Assembly: GCA_020059745.1 (NCBI GenBank) | Contig: JAGVBK010000004.1 | Coordinates: 306,511-370,510, forward strand | Reading direction: 5' to 3' | From: Candidatus Shapirobacteria bacterium | Lineage (GTDB): Bacteria; Patescibacteriota; Microgenomatia; UM-FILTER-40-11 | Length of the DNA stretch: 64,000 nucleotides | In this document: positions 35,914 to 45,537 of the stretch, piece by piece | How positions within the stretch are numbered: the first letter of the stretch is position 1 | Layout: each line of letters opens with the position of its first letter | The notes under the pieces: model-generated | What the model saw: the letters and a program-made list of their open reading frames with translations, nothing else | The model's database searches: none | Told to the model about the DNA's origin: nothing | Made by a program: the position numbers and the translations under genes

Positions 35914-38403
35914 ATGCATTTTTCTACTTATTCAGCTAAAACCGGAAACGAGGTAATTAATGAATTTACGACTTCACCCCAAGGGCTTTCTTCGGAAGAA
36001 GTAAGGCTGAGGCGAAAACAATACGGGCTAAACGAACTTTCGGCGGCGAGGCTTCATTGGTATGACATTTTATTAAGGCAGTTTAAATCTCCTTTTCTTT
36101 ACCTTCTTTTGAGTGCCTCTTTTGTTTCCTTTGTTTTGGGTCAGATTGTTGACGGCTTAATGATCCTTCTTTTTGTTTTAATTAACGCCTTTTTGGGTTT
36201 TATACAGGAATTCCGTTCTGAAAAAACCCTACAACTTCTTAAGAATTATGTGGTTGTTAAAAGTAGGGTATTGAGAAACGGTGAAGAAGAGATTATCAAA
36301 AGCAGCGAGCTTGTTCCCGGAGATATTCTGATCTTAAATCCGGGTGACATTATTCCCGCTGATGTGCGTTTTATTGAATGTGAAAGCTTGGTGATTGATG
36401 AATCTTCCCTTACCGGCGAGTCGGTTGAAATTGAGAAAACCAGCAAAAAAGCAGAAAGCGAAACCAAGGAAATTTACCAGGCAAAAAATATTGGGTTTGC
36501 TGGTACCAACATAAAAAAGGGTAAGGCTTTAGGGGTGGTTATCAGTATCGGCAAAAATACCCAGATTGGCAACATTGCTTCCCTTGCTTCAGGTCAAAAA
36601 GGCGGGAGTAATTTTGAAAAAGGTATTGCCCGGTTAAGCGGTTTTGTTTTAAAACTGGTGGGAATTACTTTGGTTTTTGTCTTTATTGCCAATATTATTC
36701 TTAAAGGGCCGGTTGAAATTCCTAAACTGTTTATTTTTGTGGTCGCATTGGCTGTAAGTGTTATTCCTGAAACTCTGCCGGTAATTACCATTTTTTCTTT
36801 TTCCCGCGGTGCGCTCAAGCTAGCAAAAAGAAGGGTAGTTATTAAAAGGCTTTCTTCAATTGAAGACCTGGGCGGTGTTGAGGTCTTGTGTACCGACAAG
36901 ACAGGAACCATTACGGAAAACAAGCTGGCAGTAAGCGGCTTTTATCCAAAAGAATCAAAGGCTATCCTGTTTGCTAGTCTTGCAGGGACTCTTTCTGAAA
37001 AGACAAATGATTCTTTTGAATTGGCTTTAACAGAAGCTTTAGGAGAAAAAGAGAAAAAAGCTTATAAAGAATTTGAGAGAATAAAAGAGCTCCCTTTTGA
37101 CCCGGAAAGAAAGAGAAACAGCGTTTTGGTTAAAAGAAAAAACGAGTACTTTTTGGTGACTAAAGGAGCACCTGAGGTAATTTTTGATCTTACCAAAACT
37201 GCGGGTTTTCCAAAGAAAGACTGTTTTGGCTGGATTGAAAGTGAAGGAAGGCTGGGAAAAAGGGTAATTGCCGTTGCCAGAAAAAAGCTTAAAGAAGATT
37301 TTAGAGATTTGGAAAAAGAAGAGAAAGACCTTGAGTTTATAGGACTTCTTTCTTTTTATGACCCCTTAAAAAAGACTGCCCCGGCCGCTATTGCCAACGC
37401 CAAAAGCTTGGGAGTGCAGATAAAGATTCTTACCGGTGACAGTAAAGAAGTGGCTGGCGCAATCGCTTATGAAATCGGCTTAATTGACAGCGAAAAAGAA
37501 GTTGTAACCGGAAGGGAATTTAACTCTTTTTCCTATGAGGAAAAGATAAAAGCAGTTTTTGGCTATAAAGTATTTGCCAGAGTAACACCAGAGCAAAAAT
37601 ACGAAATTATAAAGCTTCTTCAAGCAAAATATTCAGTTGGTTTTCTTGGCGACGGCATTAATGACGCGCCGGCGCTTAAAGCGGCAAATGTGGCTTTGGT
37701 AGTTCAGGGGGCAACGGATATTGCCCGCGAATCGGCAGATATTGTTCTTTTAAACAAAAGTTTAAGCGATATTATTGAGGGAATCAAAGAAGGAAGAAAA
37801 ATCTTTGGGAACACTGTTAAATATATAAAAGCGACGCTTTCCTCAAACTTTGGCAACTTTTACGCCGTGGCAATTGCCTCGCTTTTTATTCCTTTTCTAC
37901 CGCTTTTGCCTTTGCAAATCCTTCTTATTAATCTCTTAACAGATTTTCCTATGATTTCTGTTGCCACGGATAATTTGGACGAAAGAGAACTAAAAGTTCC
38001 CAAGAGTTATGACATAAGAGAGATAACGCTTTTTTCAACGGTAATGGGTTTGGTTAGTTCACTTTTTGACTTTCTTTTTTTCATTCTCTTTTTCCGCGCC
38101 TCTGCTCAAGTACTTCAAACTAGCTGGTTTATTGAAAGCATTCTTACCGAGCTTGTTTTTATCTTTTCCGTAAGAAGCAGGGTTAGCTTTTTAAAGACCT
38201 CAAAGCCTTCTTTTGCTTTGCTGAGTTTAACAGGGCTTTGTCTGGTTCTTACTATCGGTTTGCCTTTTTCTGGGCTTGGCCGGCAGTTTTTCGGATTTGT
38301 CTCGCCGCCAAAAGAAAGCATTGCCATTGTTTTACTGCTTACTTTTTTCTATTTTGTTTCTTCAGAAATAGTAAAAGCCGCTTATTACCGCATCTACAAA
38401 TAA
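35914..38403 (+). CDS. P-type cation-transporting ATPase (type II/III, Ca2+/Mg2+-type)
   Basis: DKTGTIT phosphorylation motif, TGES, TGDSKEVA, GDGINDAPALK. 829 aa with 10 TM. Confidence 0.85.
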   Translation: MHFSTYSAKTGNEVINEFTTSPQGLSSEEVRLRRKQYGLNELSAARLHWYDILLRQFKSPFLYLLLSASFVSFVLGQIVDGLMILLFVLINAFLGFIQEFRSEKTLQLLKNYVVVKSRVLRNGEEEIIKSSELVPGDILILNPGDIIPADVRFIECESLVIDESSLTGESVEIEKTSKKAESETKEIYQAKNIGFAGTNIKKGKALGVVISIGKNTQIGNIASLASGQKGGSNFEKGIARLSGFVLKLVGITLVFVFIANIILKGPVEIPKLFIFVVALAVSVIPETLPVITIFSFSRGALKLAKRRVVIKRLSSIEDLGGVEVLCTDKTGTITENKLAVSGFYPKESKAILFASLAGTLSEKTNDSFELALTEALGEKEKKAYKEFERIKELPFDPERKRNSVLVKRKNEYFLVTKGAPEVIFDLTKTAGFPKKDCFGWIESEGRLGKRVIAVARKKLKEDFRDLEKEEKDLEFIGLLSFYDPLKKTAPAAIANAKSLGVQIKILTGDSKEVAGAIAYEIGLIDSEKEVVTGREFNSFSYEEKIKAVFGYKVFARVTPEQKYEIIKLLQAKYSVGFLGDGINDAPALKAANVALVVQGATDIARESADIVLLNKSLSDIIEGIKEGRKIFGNTVKYIKATLSSNFGNFYAVAIASLFIPFLPLLPLQILLINLLTDFPMISVATDNLDERELKVPKSYDIREITLFSTVMGLVSSLFDFLFFILFFRASAQVLQTSWFIESILTELVFIFSVRSRVSFLKTSKPSFALLSLTGLCLVLTIGLPFSGLGRQFFGFVSPPKESIAIVLLLTFFYFVSSEIVKAAYYRIYK

Positions 38404-38762
38404 CCCTGCAAAGCAGCTGTATCAATAATATTTACTTTCGTGGCTTCAATTCCCCCTTCAATTGGCGTGCCTGCTACCTCAATTATCATACTCTCACTTA
38501 GGCTGGTTCTTGAAACCGGATTATTAAGCTCACTTAAAACTTCAGTTTTATTAGTTACATATAAAGGTAGCGGGTTTCCTGTTTCTTCTTCTAAAATAGT
38601 TACTAAAATTGAGTCTTTGTAGGCTACGGTGGTTTTTGAAACCGAGATGACTCTTCCCTTAAAAAGAAACAAATTTTCATTTGCTCCTTGCCTTAACCCC
38701 AAGAAAAAAAGCAGGCTGCCTAAAAAAAGAAGCAAGAAGACGGCAATAACAAGTTTTCTCAC
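38394..38762 (-). CDS. Small secreted/membrane-anchored hypothetical protein
   Basis: 122 aa with an N-terminal hydrophobic signal/anchor. Coding-like. Confidence 0.35.
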   Translation of the reverse strand: MRKLVIAVFLLLFLGSLLFFLGLRQGANENLFLFKGRVISVSKTTVAYKDSILVTILEEETGNPLPLYVTNKTEVLSELNNPVSRTSLSESMIIEVAGTPIEGGIEATKVNIIDTAALQGYL

Positions 38763-38853
38763 CAGTATATTTAAGAAAACAAAATTTAACGCACAGTAAG
38801 CATTTGGTAATAATTAGGAAATTTTTGGATTGAGCAAAGAAAAACCTGCCGGC

Positions 38854-39474
38854 CTAAGCAAACATTTGGAGTGCTTCTTTTAATAAAACAGGAGAACCAT
38901 GTCCAGGATAAACAATGGTATACGGATCAATTTCTGAGAACCTTTTTATTGAATCTTTATAATCTTTTTCTGAACTATATGAAAAGTCGGTTCTGCCTAT
39001 TCCTTGTTCAAAAAGAGTATCTCCAGAAAAAATGACTTTTTCTTGAGGGAAATGCAGGCAAACACTTCCCGGTGTATGCCCTGGAGTTTTTATAATGTTA
39101 AAAGACATTCCTTCAAGGCTTATGTTTTCTTCTTTTTCCAAATCAATCGAAGGATCTGGAGGCAGGATAATGACTTTCGAGTTTAGCCAGTAAGAGGCAG
39201 AATTTTTTGAATTTTTTAGCAAAAATAGATCTTTGAAATTAATGGCAAAAGGAATTTTGAAGTTTGTTTGCAGTTCGCCGGTTGCTAAAACATGGTCAAA
39301 GTGGCCGTGGGTAGCAACAATCAAAAGGGGATTGAGCTTTAAAAAAATAACTCTTTCGCTTAAAAAATTACCCTCGTCTCCAGGGTCGATGATAATGCAG
39401 TTTTTGTTTTGGGAATTATAAACTAAGTAACAGTTGGCGTTTAATTCACCTACGGAAAAAGTTTCAATTTCCAT
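38854..39474 (-). CDS. MBL-fold metallo-hydrolase
   Basis: HxHxDH motif (VATHGHFDHV) plus downstream His/Asp ligands. 206 aa. Confidence 0.75.
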   Translation of the reverse strand: MEIETFSVGELNANCYLVYNSQNKNCIIIDPGDEGNFLSERVIFLKLNPLLIVATHGHFDHVLATGELQTNFKIPFAINFKDLFLLKNSKNSASYWLNSKVIILPPDPSIDLEKEENISLEGMSFNIIKTPGHTPGSVCLHFPQEKVIFSGDTLFEQGIGRTDFSYSSEKDYKDSIKRFSEIDPYTIVYPGHGSPVLLKEALQMFA

Positions 39475-39566
39475 TTGCCCATTATAACTCTTTCCCTTAA
39501 GTCTTTTTGTAAATTTATTATTAATTTATTAAAAAACTTTTACAATCGGTTGATATTTTTTCCTTA

Positions 39567-40205
39567 ATGGAAGAAAAAGGAATTTCAACCGTAGGAACAA
39601 TTTTTTTAATGATATTTCTTTTGATAGCCGGAATTGCTGTTCTGGGCCTGACTGGAGTTATTGATTTAAGCTATCCTAGGGTAATTAGTCCGACACCGCC
39701 CGCGGAAATCACTCCGGCTGATCTTTCTCCCTCTCCGACTCCTAATCCTGAAATTGAGGGTTGGGAAACTTTTTCTTCTGAAGAAATTGGTTTTTCTATT
39801 GAATACCCCTCGGATATTAATATAAGCAGAATGGAAGATACGGTGGTCATGACAAAACAAGGCCCAACCCAAAGACAAAATACTGAGTTTTATGATGGAA
39901 TAAGCCTTAGTTTTAGCTCTGGCCCATTAGGAGAAAGGAGCTTAAGGGAATTTGCCGAAGAAGAGGCAATTGGATATAGGCAACAGCCGGTAGTTGACGA
40001 GGTGAGCAACTTAAGGTTTGTAACCATAAACGACATTTCCGGTTATAGTTTTGATGTAGTTAGTCTAGGCGAGAGAACTTATATTTACCTTCCCCAGGGG
40101 GAAGATAGATATCTGCAGATCATTAACGCAACGGTTGATCCTGCTAACCAGGGGTTTTCCGAGACAGTTAACCTCATGTTTTCCACGCTTAGGATAAAGA
40201 CTTGA
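39567..40205 (+). CDS. Hypothetical membrane-anchored exported protein
   Basis: N-terminal TM helix, Pro/Thr-rich linker, ~150-aa globular part. Confidence 0.4.
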   Translation: MEEKGISTVGTIFLMIFLLIAGIAVLGLTGVIDLSYPRVISPTPPAEITPADLSPSPTPNPEIEGWETFSSEEIGFSIEYPSDINISRMEDTVVMTKQGPTQRQNTEFYDGISLSFSSGPLGERSLREFAEEEAIGYRQQPVVDEVSNLRFVTINDISGYSFDVVSLGERTYIYLPQGEDRYLQIINATVDPANQGFSETVNLMFSTLRIKT

Positions 40206-40211
40206 AGGCGC

Positions 40212-40610
40212 TTGATTTTTTGCTTTTGGTTTATTAATCTTCAGGTACTTATGAATATGAATACCCATCTTAAGGCCGCAAATTTTATTGCCAACTTAAT
40301 GGACAGGCAGTTTAAAATATTTAATTTTCGCTTTGGTTTGGACCCTATTTTGGGACTTATTCCCGGAGCCGGTGATATCATTTCTGTCTTGATTTCTTTT
40401 TACATTGTCTGGATAGGCCTGCAAATGAATCTTCCCAAAGAAAAAGTCTGGCAGATGATCGGTAATGTTTTAATGGATTTTGTTGTTGGTGCTGTCCCTC
40501 TTGTCGGCGATTTAGGTGATTTTATTATTAAAGCCAACACTAAAAATCTTGAAATCATTAAGGAAAGTAGAGCAGATATAGTTGAAGGGGAAATTGTTGA
40601 GCATCTTTAA
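40212..40610 (+). CDS. Small membrane protein (DUF4112-like)
   Basis: LDPILGLIPGAGDIIS motif and two TM segments. 132 aa. Confidence 0.35.
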   Translation: MIFCFWFINLQVLMNMNTHLKAANFIANLMDRQFKIFNFRFGLDPILGLIPGAGDIISVLISFYIVWIGLQMNLPKEKVWQMIGNVLMDFVVGAVPLVGDLGDFIIKANTKNLEIIKESRADIVEGEIVEHL

Positions 40611-40939
40611 TGAGAATATGGGATCTTCCACCTCATGTTTTGTGTGACAAGCACCTTCTTGCCGAGCACGGCGAGCTTCACGCTATCTGGTCAATATTGA
40701 CAAAAAATAAAAGCGGTTACTCAAGTCATCCGGAGGTAAAAAGATGGGAAGGAAAACTTAAAGCTCTTTTTTTGAGACACGAACTTCAGGTTAAGGAGAT
40801 TAAAAAAAGAGGTTTTCAACACAAAAGCCCGCTTGACGAAAGCTTTGCTGTTGGTAGAGGAAAACAGGATAAGCTTCTAAACACGCTTCCTGAACAAAGG
40901 CAGCTTCTTTATGCCAAGGGGTGTTCTTGTAAGGTTTAG
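40610..40939 (+). CDS. Pyrimidine-dimer DNA glycosylase, T4 endonuclease V (DenV) family
   Basis: N-terminal MRIWDLPPHVLCDKHLLAEHGELHAI aligns with T4 endoV [26 protein letters not shown] (catalytic N-terminus plus E23-equivalent). 109 aa. Confidence 0.55.
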   Translation: MRIWDLPPHVLCDKHLLAEHGELHAIWSILTKNKSGYSSHPEVKRWEGKLKALFLRHELQVKEIKKRGFQHKSPLDESFAVGRGKQDKLLNTLPEQRQLLYAKGCSCKV

Positions 40940-41394
40940 TTTCGAAGCTCTTTTATTAAGAAAAACAATTTTCCAACGGTTGTCTCAAAACCTTCTTTGC
41001 CGTAAAGGTTAAAAATTGCATACAAAAAAACAAGGCCAAGAATTATTCCGAGAATTTTAACCAAACTTCTAAGCATGGCATAGCTTTCTTGAGATTTTCT
41101 AATACTGTCATATGAAGTAAAGCTGACATTGCTTGCCGATTGGGCGGGTGGGGAAATTGAAGCCTGGGAAGGCTGGTTGGTGTAAGCAGTAACCGGGGTA
41201 ACTATTTGAATGTTTTGGATATTGGTTTTATTTTTAAGGTTTTTTTCTTCCCTTTTGACTGCTTCCATGGCGCTTTGGATTTCTTCTTCGGAGTTCCCTG
41301 CAGCCAAAAGATTGCTCCTGATAGTTTCCTCGTCAAGGTTATATAAAGAAACTCTTTTAATATAGTCGACAATCTCCTGGACATACATGCCCAT
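40936..41394 (-). CDS. Hypothetical membrane protein
   Basis: 152 aa with a C-terminal TM helix. Coding-like. Confidence 0.3.
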   Translation of the reverse strand: MGMYVQEIVDYIKRVSLYNLDEETIRSNLLAAGNSEEEIQSAMEAVKREEKNLKNKTNIQNIQIVTPVTAYTNQPSQASISPPAQSASNVSFTSYDSIRKSQESYAMLRSLVKILGIILGLVFLYAIFNLYGKEGFETTVGKLFFLIKELRN

Positions 41395-41435
41395 ATATAA
41401 ATTATTTATATTTATGAGGTGAGTGTCAAATCTTG

Positions 41436-41705
41436 TTAGTTTGCCTTAATTTTAAGAGGACTTTTTACAAGCGGCTCTGACATGACGGAGCTATCATTAA
41501 CAGGATCATAACGTTCAGGAGGAGTTCCGAGGATCCAATGGGTAGAGACTACTTCGTAAGTATCAATATCATTTTTCCCGCCTGCTGCCTTTGCTTTATT
41601 TACTTTGACTTCAGCAATACCTAAAGAAATGGTATGGCCTTCCGGGTCTTTTTTTCTTATGAGAAATCTTTGTGTCAGGTTTGGTGCTTCTCTTTCTGTA
41701 AACAT
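41436..41705 (-). CDS. Hypothetical small protein
   Basis: 89-aa ORF abutting the downstream gene. Low-complexity-free composition. Confidence 0.3.
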   Translation of the reverse strand: MFTEREAPNLTQRFLIRKKDPEGHTISLGIAEVKVNKAKAAGGKNDIDTYEVVSTHWILGTPPERYDPVNDSSVMSEPLVKSPLKIKAN

Positions 41706-41707
41706 AT

Positions 41708-42838
41708 TTACCTTTTTATTAGGTTTCTTATTTCAATAAATAAAGCTCCTAAGCCAAAAAGGGTAGCAAACGCGGAAAAAAGCGGGCCGATAAAGGGGAT
41801 TGAGGCAAGGATGAAATATATTGCTAACCCTAAAACAAAAACCCAGACCGTTTCTGTTTTCTTTCCTAACTTTTGCAGAACAAATGAGCCGATAAAATAA
41901 GAGATAAAGATTTTAGCGAGGTAAAGAATTATCAGGTAAACAAAAAGAAGGATAAAAGCCAGAGGCAGTCCGACTAAAGTTAAAGCCAGAATAATAAAGA
42001 CAAAAGGGAAAAGCACCACACTTAAAAAGCCAATTCCTAGTGAAAGCCAGGGGCTTTTTCCCAATAAAGAAGCTGTTTCTCCGACAAAACGGGGGAAAAG
42101 GTAAGTAAGAAGAATTCCGATTAAAAGTGAGGACAAGAAGCTAATAATTCTAAAGACAGCAGTTGTTCTTCTAAAAAAATTTTGAACATCTTGGCTTTGG
42201 GGAACATTAATCCTTGAAGAAGTTCTTCTTTCGATTTGGCCAGAAACAGTGGCTTGTTTTTCAATGTTAGCTTGATTTTCGCTGTAATATGTTAAGTCTC
42301 CGGCAATGACTGCGCCTGAGACAACCCTTAAATTATTAGTTGCCGCTTCTACATTTCCGGAGATGTTATCTAAAATATTAATCGTTTCGGCTCCAGCCCT
42401 CACGTTGCCATTAACAGGAGCGGCTATAATCACACTGCCTGCTCCGGTAACAAGATTTCCCGAAAGGGTTGCTTCGTTAACAATTTCCAAAGTTCCTGCT
42501 GCGACGCTTAAGTCATCACCGATTTGACCGCTAACAATTACCTGGCCGCCAGCTATTCTTGCATCTTCGCCTATTTTCCCTGAGACATTGACAACACCGC
42601 CCGCAGCGACCAGATCGCCGTTTACGGTGCCATCGACAAGAACCTGTCCTCCGGCAGCATAAACATCGCCGTTTACAGTGCCTGAGATGTAAACAGTCTG
42701 GCCAGCTGCGAAATAATCGTCGTTGACAATTTCGTCCCGAGGAAGAGTAATGATTCTATCTTTTTCTTGGGCAAAAACAGAGAAGGGAAAAAGAAACAAA
42801 AGAAAAAAGATTATAAAAAGTTTTTTTACTGATTTCAT
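41708..42838 (-). CDS. Bactofilin-like beta-helix repeat protein with a C-terminal multi-TM domain
   Basis: Signal peptide. ~150 aa of G/V/A-rich repeats (GDVYAAGGQVLVDGTVNGDLVAAGGVVNVSGKIGEDARIAGGQVIVSG…) typical of the bactofilin/polymer-forming cytoskeletal family. Then 5-6 TM helices. Confidence 0.45.
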   Translation of the reverse strand: MKSVKKLFIIFFLLFLFPFSVFAQEKDRIITLPRDEIVNDDYFAAGQTVYISGTVNGDVYAAGGQVLVDGTVNGDLVAAGGVVNVSGKIGEDARIAGGQVIVSGQIGDDLSVAAGTLEIVNEATLSGNLVTGAGSVIIAAPVNGNVRAGAETINILDNISGNVEAATNNLRVVSGAVIAGDLTYYSENQANIEKQATVSGQIERRTSSRINVPQSQDVQNFFRRTTAVFRIISFLSSLLIGILLTYLFPRFVGETASLLGKSPWLSLGIGFLSVVLFPFVFIILALTLVGLPLAFILLFVYLIILYLAKIFISYFIGSFVLQKLGKKTETVWVFVLGLAIYFILASIPFIGPLFSAFATLFGLGALFIEIRNLIKR

Positions 42839-43208
42839 AAATCAACATAATATAGAAGATTAGAAAAAAACAGTCAAGCAATTTTCCCTTGACAATAAGC
42901 ATATAATTAGGTTCATGGAGAGGCTGGTTTGTTTTCAATGGTTTTTTCCTTCACCGACAAAAAGTGGGGGAAAAATTATTCCTGCTCCCCCTGAGGCAGT
43001 TTTAAAAAGAGACGAGTTAAAAGATACCTGGCTTTTTAAGGAAAAACACCCTCAGGAAGTTTATTGTGTTTCGCTTTCTCCTTCTACTAAAAACGGTGAA
43101 ACCGGTTACTCTGTTAAGGCAGAAATAATTATAAGAGGGACTGAGAGAAATTAACTTTTAAGTTTCTGCTTGACTTTGCTTTCTCTTTATTTTAAACACT
43201 GGGTTTAG

Positions 43209-44210
43209 ATGGAGGATGAATACTACACAACCTCAAAGGTGAAAAAATGGTATAAAACCTGGTGGGGGATACTTCTTTTGCTTGTTTTAATACCTTTTTT
43301 CTGGCCTTTTCTGGCCGGTGGTTTTATTGCTTTTTGGATTTTCAAAAACCTGGCCAGCCAGCCGCTTAAGTTTATTTTGGCTTGTTTTATTCTTATCCCA
43401 ACAATCATTTTTGGCAGTATCTGGACGACAGTTTTACTTGGTTTTGAAGAACTTTCTCCCGGAAAAATACAAATTGAAAGCCCTCAGGTTATGTCTTTGC
43501 CGGAAACAACCCCCACTAATTTTCCGGTAGAAACCACTCCTTCGGCAGAGAAGAATATGTCTGAATATTTTTCTGAAACGGATAAAGCGGAAGCTAATGA
43601 TCGCGCCGTTTCTTTGGTGGTCCGGGTTATTGATGGCGATACGATTGAAATTGAGGACGGGATAAGAGTAAGGCTTATTGGTATAAACACGCCCGAGCTT
43701 GGGGATTCAAGGACTTCAGCTGAATGCTTTGCCAGAGAAGCCTATTTTAAAACAAAAGAACTTTTAGAAGGGCAAACCATTGCTTTAGAAAGAGATGTTT
43801 CTGAAACTGATCGCTACGGGAGGCTTTTGAGGTACATTTATCTTGAAGATGTTTTTATAAATGAACTATTGGTAAGACAAGGCTTTGCCTATGCTTCTTC
43901 TTATCCTCCTGATGTTAAATATCAGGAAATTTTAAGTAAGGCGGAAAAAGAGGCTAGAGAAGAAAGTGCAGGGCTTTGGTCTTTGTGTAATATTTCACCA
44001 GAACCGACAGACTCAGAAGCAAGTATTTTAAAACCAACTGTTTTTGCTCCAGTATCGGGAGAATACACCTGTAATTGTTCGAAAACCTGCACTGAGATTT
44101 CTTCTTGTGAAGAGGCTCAATACTTACTTAATGTTTGTGGTTGCGCTGCCAGAGATGCCGACAAAGACGGTATTGCTTGTGACGGTGTTCCTCTAAAGTG
44201 CCAGAATTGA
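43209..44210 (+). CDS. Membrane-anchored thermonuclease (staphylococcal nuclease family) with a C-terminal Excalibur Ca-binding domain
   Basis: SNase motifs (VVRVIDGDTIEI … RLIGINTPE … DRYGRLL), preceded by TM helices. C-terminal Cys-rich region with DADKDGIACD (Excalibur DxDxDGxxCE). Confidence 0.75.
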   Translation: MEDEYYTTSKVKKWYKTWWGILLLLVLIPFFWPFLAGGFIAFWIFKNLASQPLKFILACFILIPTIIFGSIWTTVLLGFEELSPGKIQIESPQVMSLPETTPTNFPVETTPSAEKNMSEYFSETDKAEANDRAVSLVVRVIDGDTIEIEDGIRVRLIGINTPELGDSRTSAECFAREAYFKTKELLEGQTIALERDVSETDRYGRLLRYIYLEDVFINELLVRQGFAYASSYPPDVKYQEILSKAEKEAREESAGLWSLCNISPEPTDSEASILKPTVFAPVSGEYTCNCSKTCTEISSCEEAQYLLNVCGCAARDADKDGIACDGVPLKCQN

Positions 44211-44313
44211 CATTGTTAAGGCTGTTTGTTTTTATGCTCTCTTTCAGTCTTCTTACTCTTTTTTAACTTTTTTATCATCTTTATATAAAAAGATGGAACC
44301 GTAAAGGACTCTT

Positions 44314-44817
44314 ATGGTATATCTTAAAGCTGTGGCCATTGGTTTATCAGTATTGGCAATAATTGCCCTTAAAAATCTTTCCGCACAGCTTGGCAGCCTT
44401 GAGCAGTTTGTCAGAACCGCTTATTTTTTTCAAGGAAACGCGCCATCTAAAGAAAGCGGAATCTCCATTAAGGAAGAAGACGAGGTTATAAGCGAAAGCT
44501 CAACTTCAGCAGAGTTGAAGGAAGAATTAAAACTTGGAGATTTTCATTACCCTGAAGCTGAAGTAGTCAATTTTGGAGGGAATAGTTTTCTTTTAAAAAC
44601 TAGTGATAGTGTGGAAGTGGTAACCGACTGGTATAAAAAAAGAATTTCCGATAAAAAAATGGGGATAAAAAACTTTATTCAAACCAGAACAAACGATAAT
44701 TTTTCAAACTTGCTTCAGGGAAAAGGGGAAAAAGAAGACATTAAAGTTGAAATTGAAAAAGAAAGTAATGATTCAAAAGTCAGCATTATAGTTACTATTA
44801 ATAGTTTTAATAATTAA
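44314..44817 (+). CDS. Hypothetical exported protein
   Basis: 167 aa, signal peptide, acidic/K-rich. Confidence 0.35.
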   Translation: MVYLKAVAIGLSVLAIIALKNLSAQLGSLEQFVRTAYFFQGNAPSKESGISIKEEDEVISESSTSAELKEELKLGDFHYPEAEVVNFGGNSFLLKTSDSVEVVTDWYKKRISDKKMGIKNFIQTRTNDNFSNLLQGKGEKEDIKVEIEKESNDSKVSIIVTINSFNN

Positions 44818-44825
44818 AAAGGAAA

Positions 44826-45389
44826 ATGAAGGAAGAAAACAACTCTAGCTTTCTTAAATCTTTGTTAAAATACTTTTTAATTGCTGTGCCAGTTATTCTT
44901 GTTTCAGTGGTTTCTTTCTTAATTGGGAAAAAAAGCCTGTCTTTGCCGCCTACTCAAAGTAGCGAAAAAGTTCTTTCAGTTGAAGCCAGGCCAACTAAGG
45001 AAATCGGCAAGGAAATTAGTCTTGAGGTTGGTAACCCTGAAGAGGGAAAAATAAAGTATGTGGTTGACTCCGCCGAAATATTAAAACAAATTGTTGTTAA
45101 AGGCCAAGACGTAAGCGCGGTTCCCGGAAGGGCTTTTCTTGTTTTAAACCTTAAGATTACCAATGAAAGAAAAAACGGCATCCAAATTAATACCCGTGAT
45201 TTTATAAGGCTTTCTTCCCTGGGAGAGGAATGGGCTGCCCCGGAAATTCATAATGATCCGGTTGAAGTTCAGGCAATTTCCACAAAAATTACCAAAATCG
45301 GATTCCCAATAAACGACAGTGACAGGCAGTTTAAATTAAAGATTGGAAAAATTGACGGGGAAAAAGAGGAAATTGATTTAAACTTCTAA
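44826..45389 (+). CDS. Hypothetical exported protein (DUF4352-like)
   Basis: TM/signal anchor, then a beta-rich domain (…AFLVLNLKITNERKNGIQINTRDFIRL…). Confidence 0.35.
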   Translation: MKEENNSSFLKSLLKYFLIAVPVILVSVVSFLIGKKSLSLPPTQSSEKVLSVEARPTKEIGKEISLEVGNPEEGKIKYVVDSAEILKQIVVKGQDVSAVPGRAFLVLNLKITNERKNGIQINTRDFIRLSSLGEEWAAPEIHNDPVEVQAISTKITKIGFPINDSDRQFKLKIGKIDGEKEEIDLNF

Positions 45390-45537
45390 TGAATTGCTAA
45401 AAAGTTGCAATTCTAATTGCCTTTACTTAACTCTTACCTGTTATTTATTCGCTTCTAAATATAAAACTATATTCTTCCAATAGAAGTGCTTCCCTTTTGG
45501 GAATACTTTAAAAGAAAGGAGGTGAGAAAATAATAAA

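Noticed and set aside
42915-43154. 79-aa ORF in the divergent region between the bactofilin-like gene and the SNase gene as a confident CDS
   Set aside because: It is the only ORF in a 370-bp divergent promoter region with no motif. It is listed as a possibility in findings, not as a feature.
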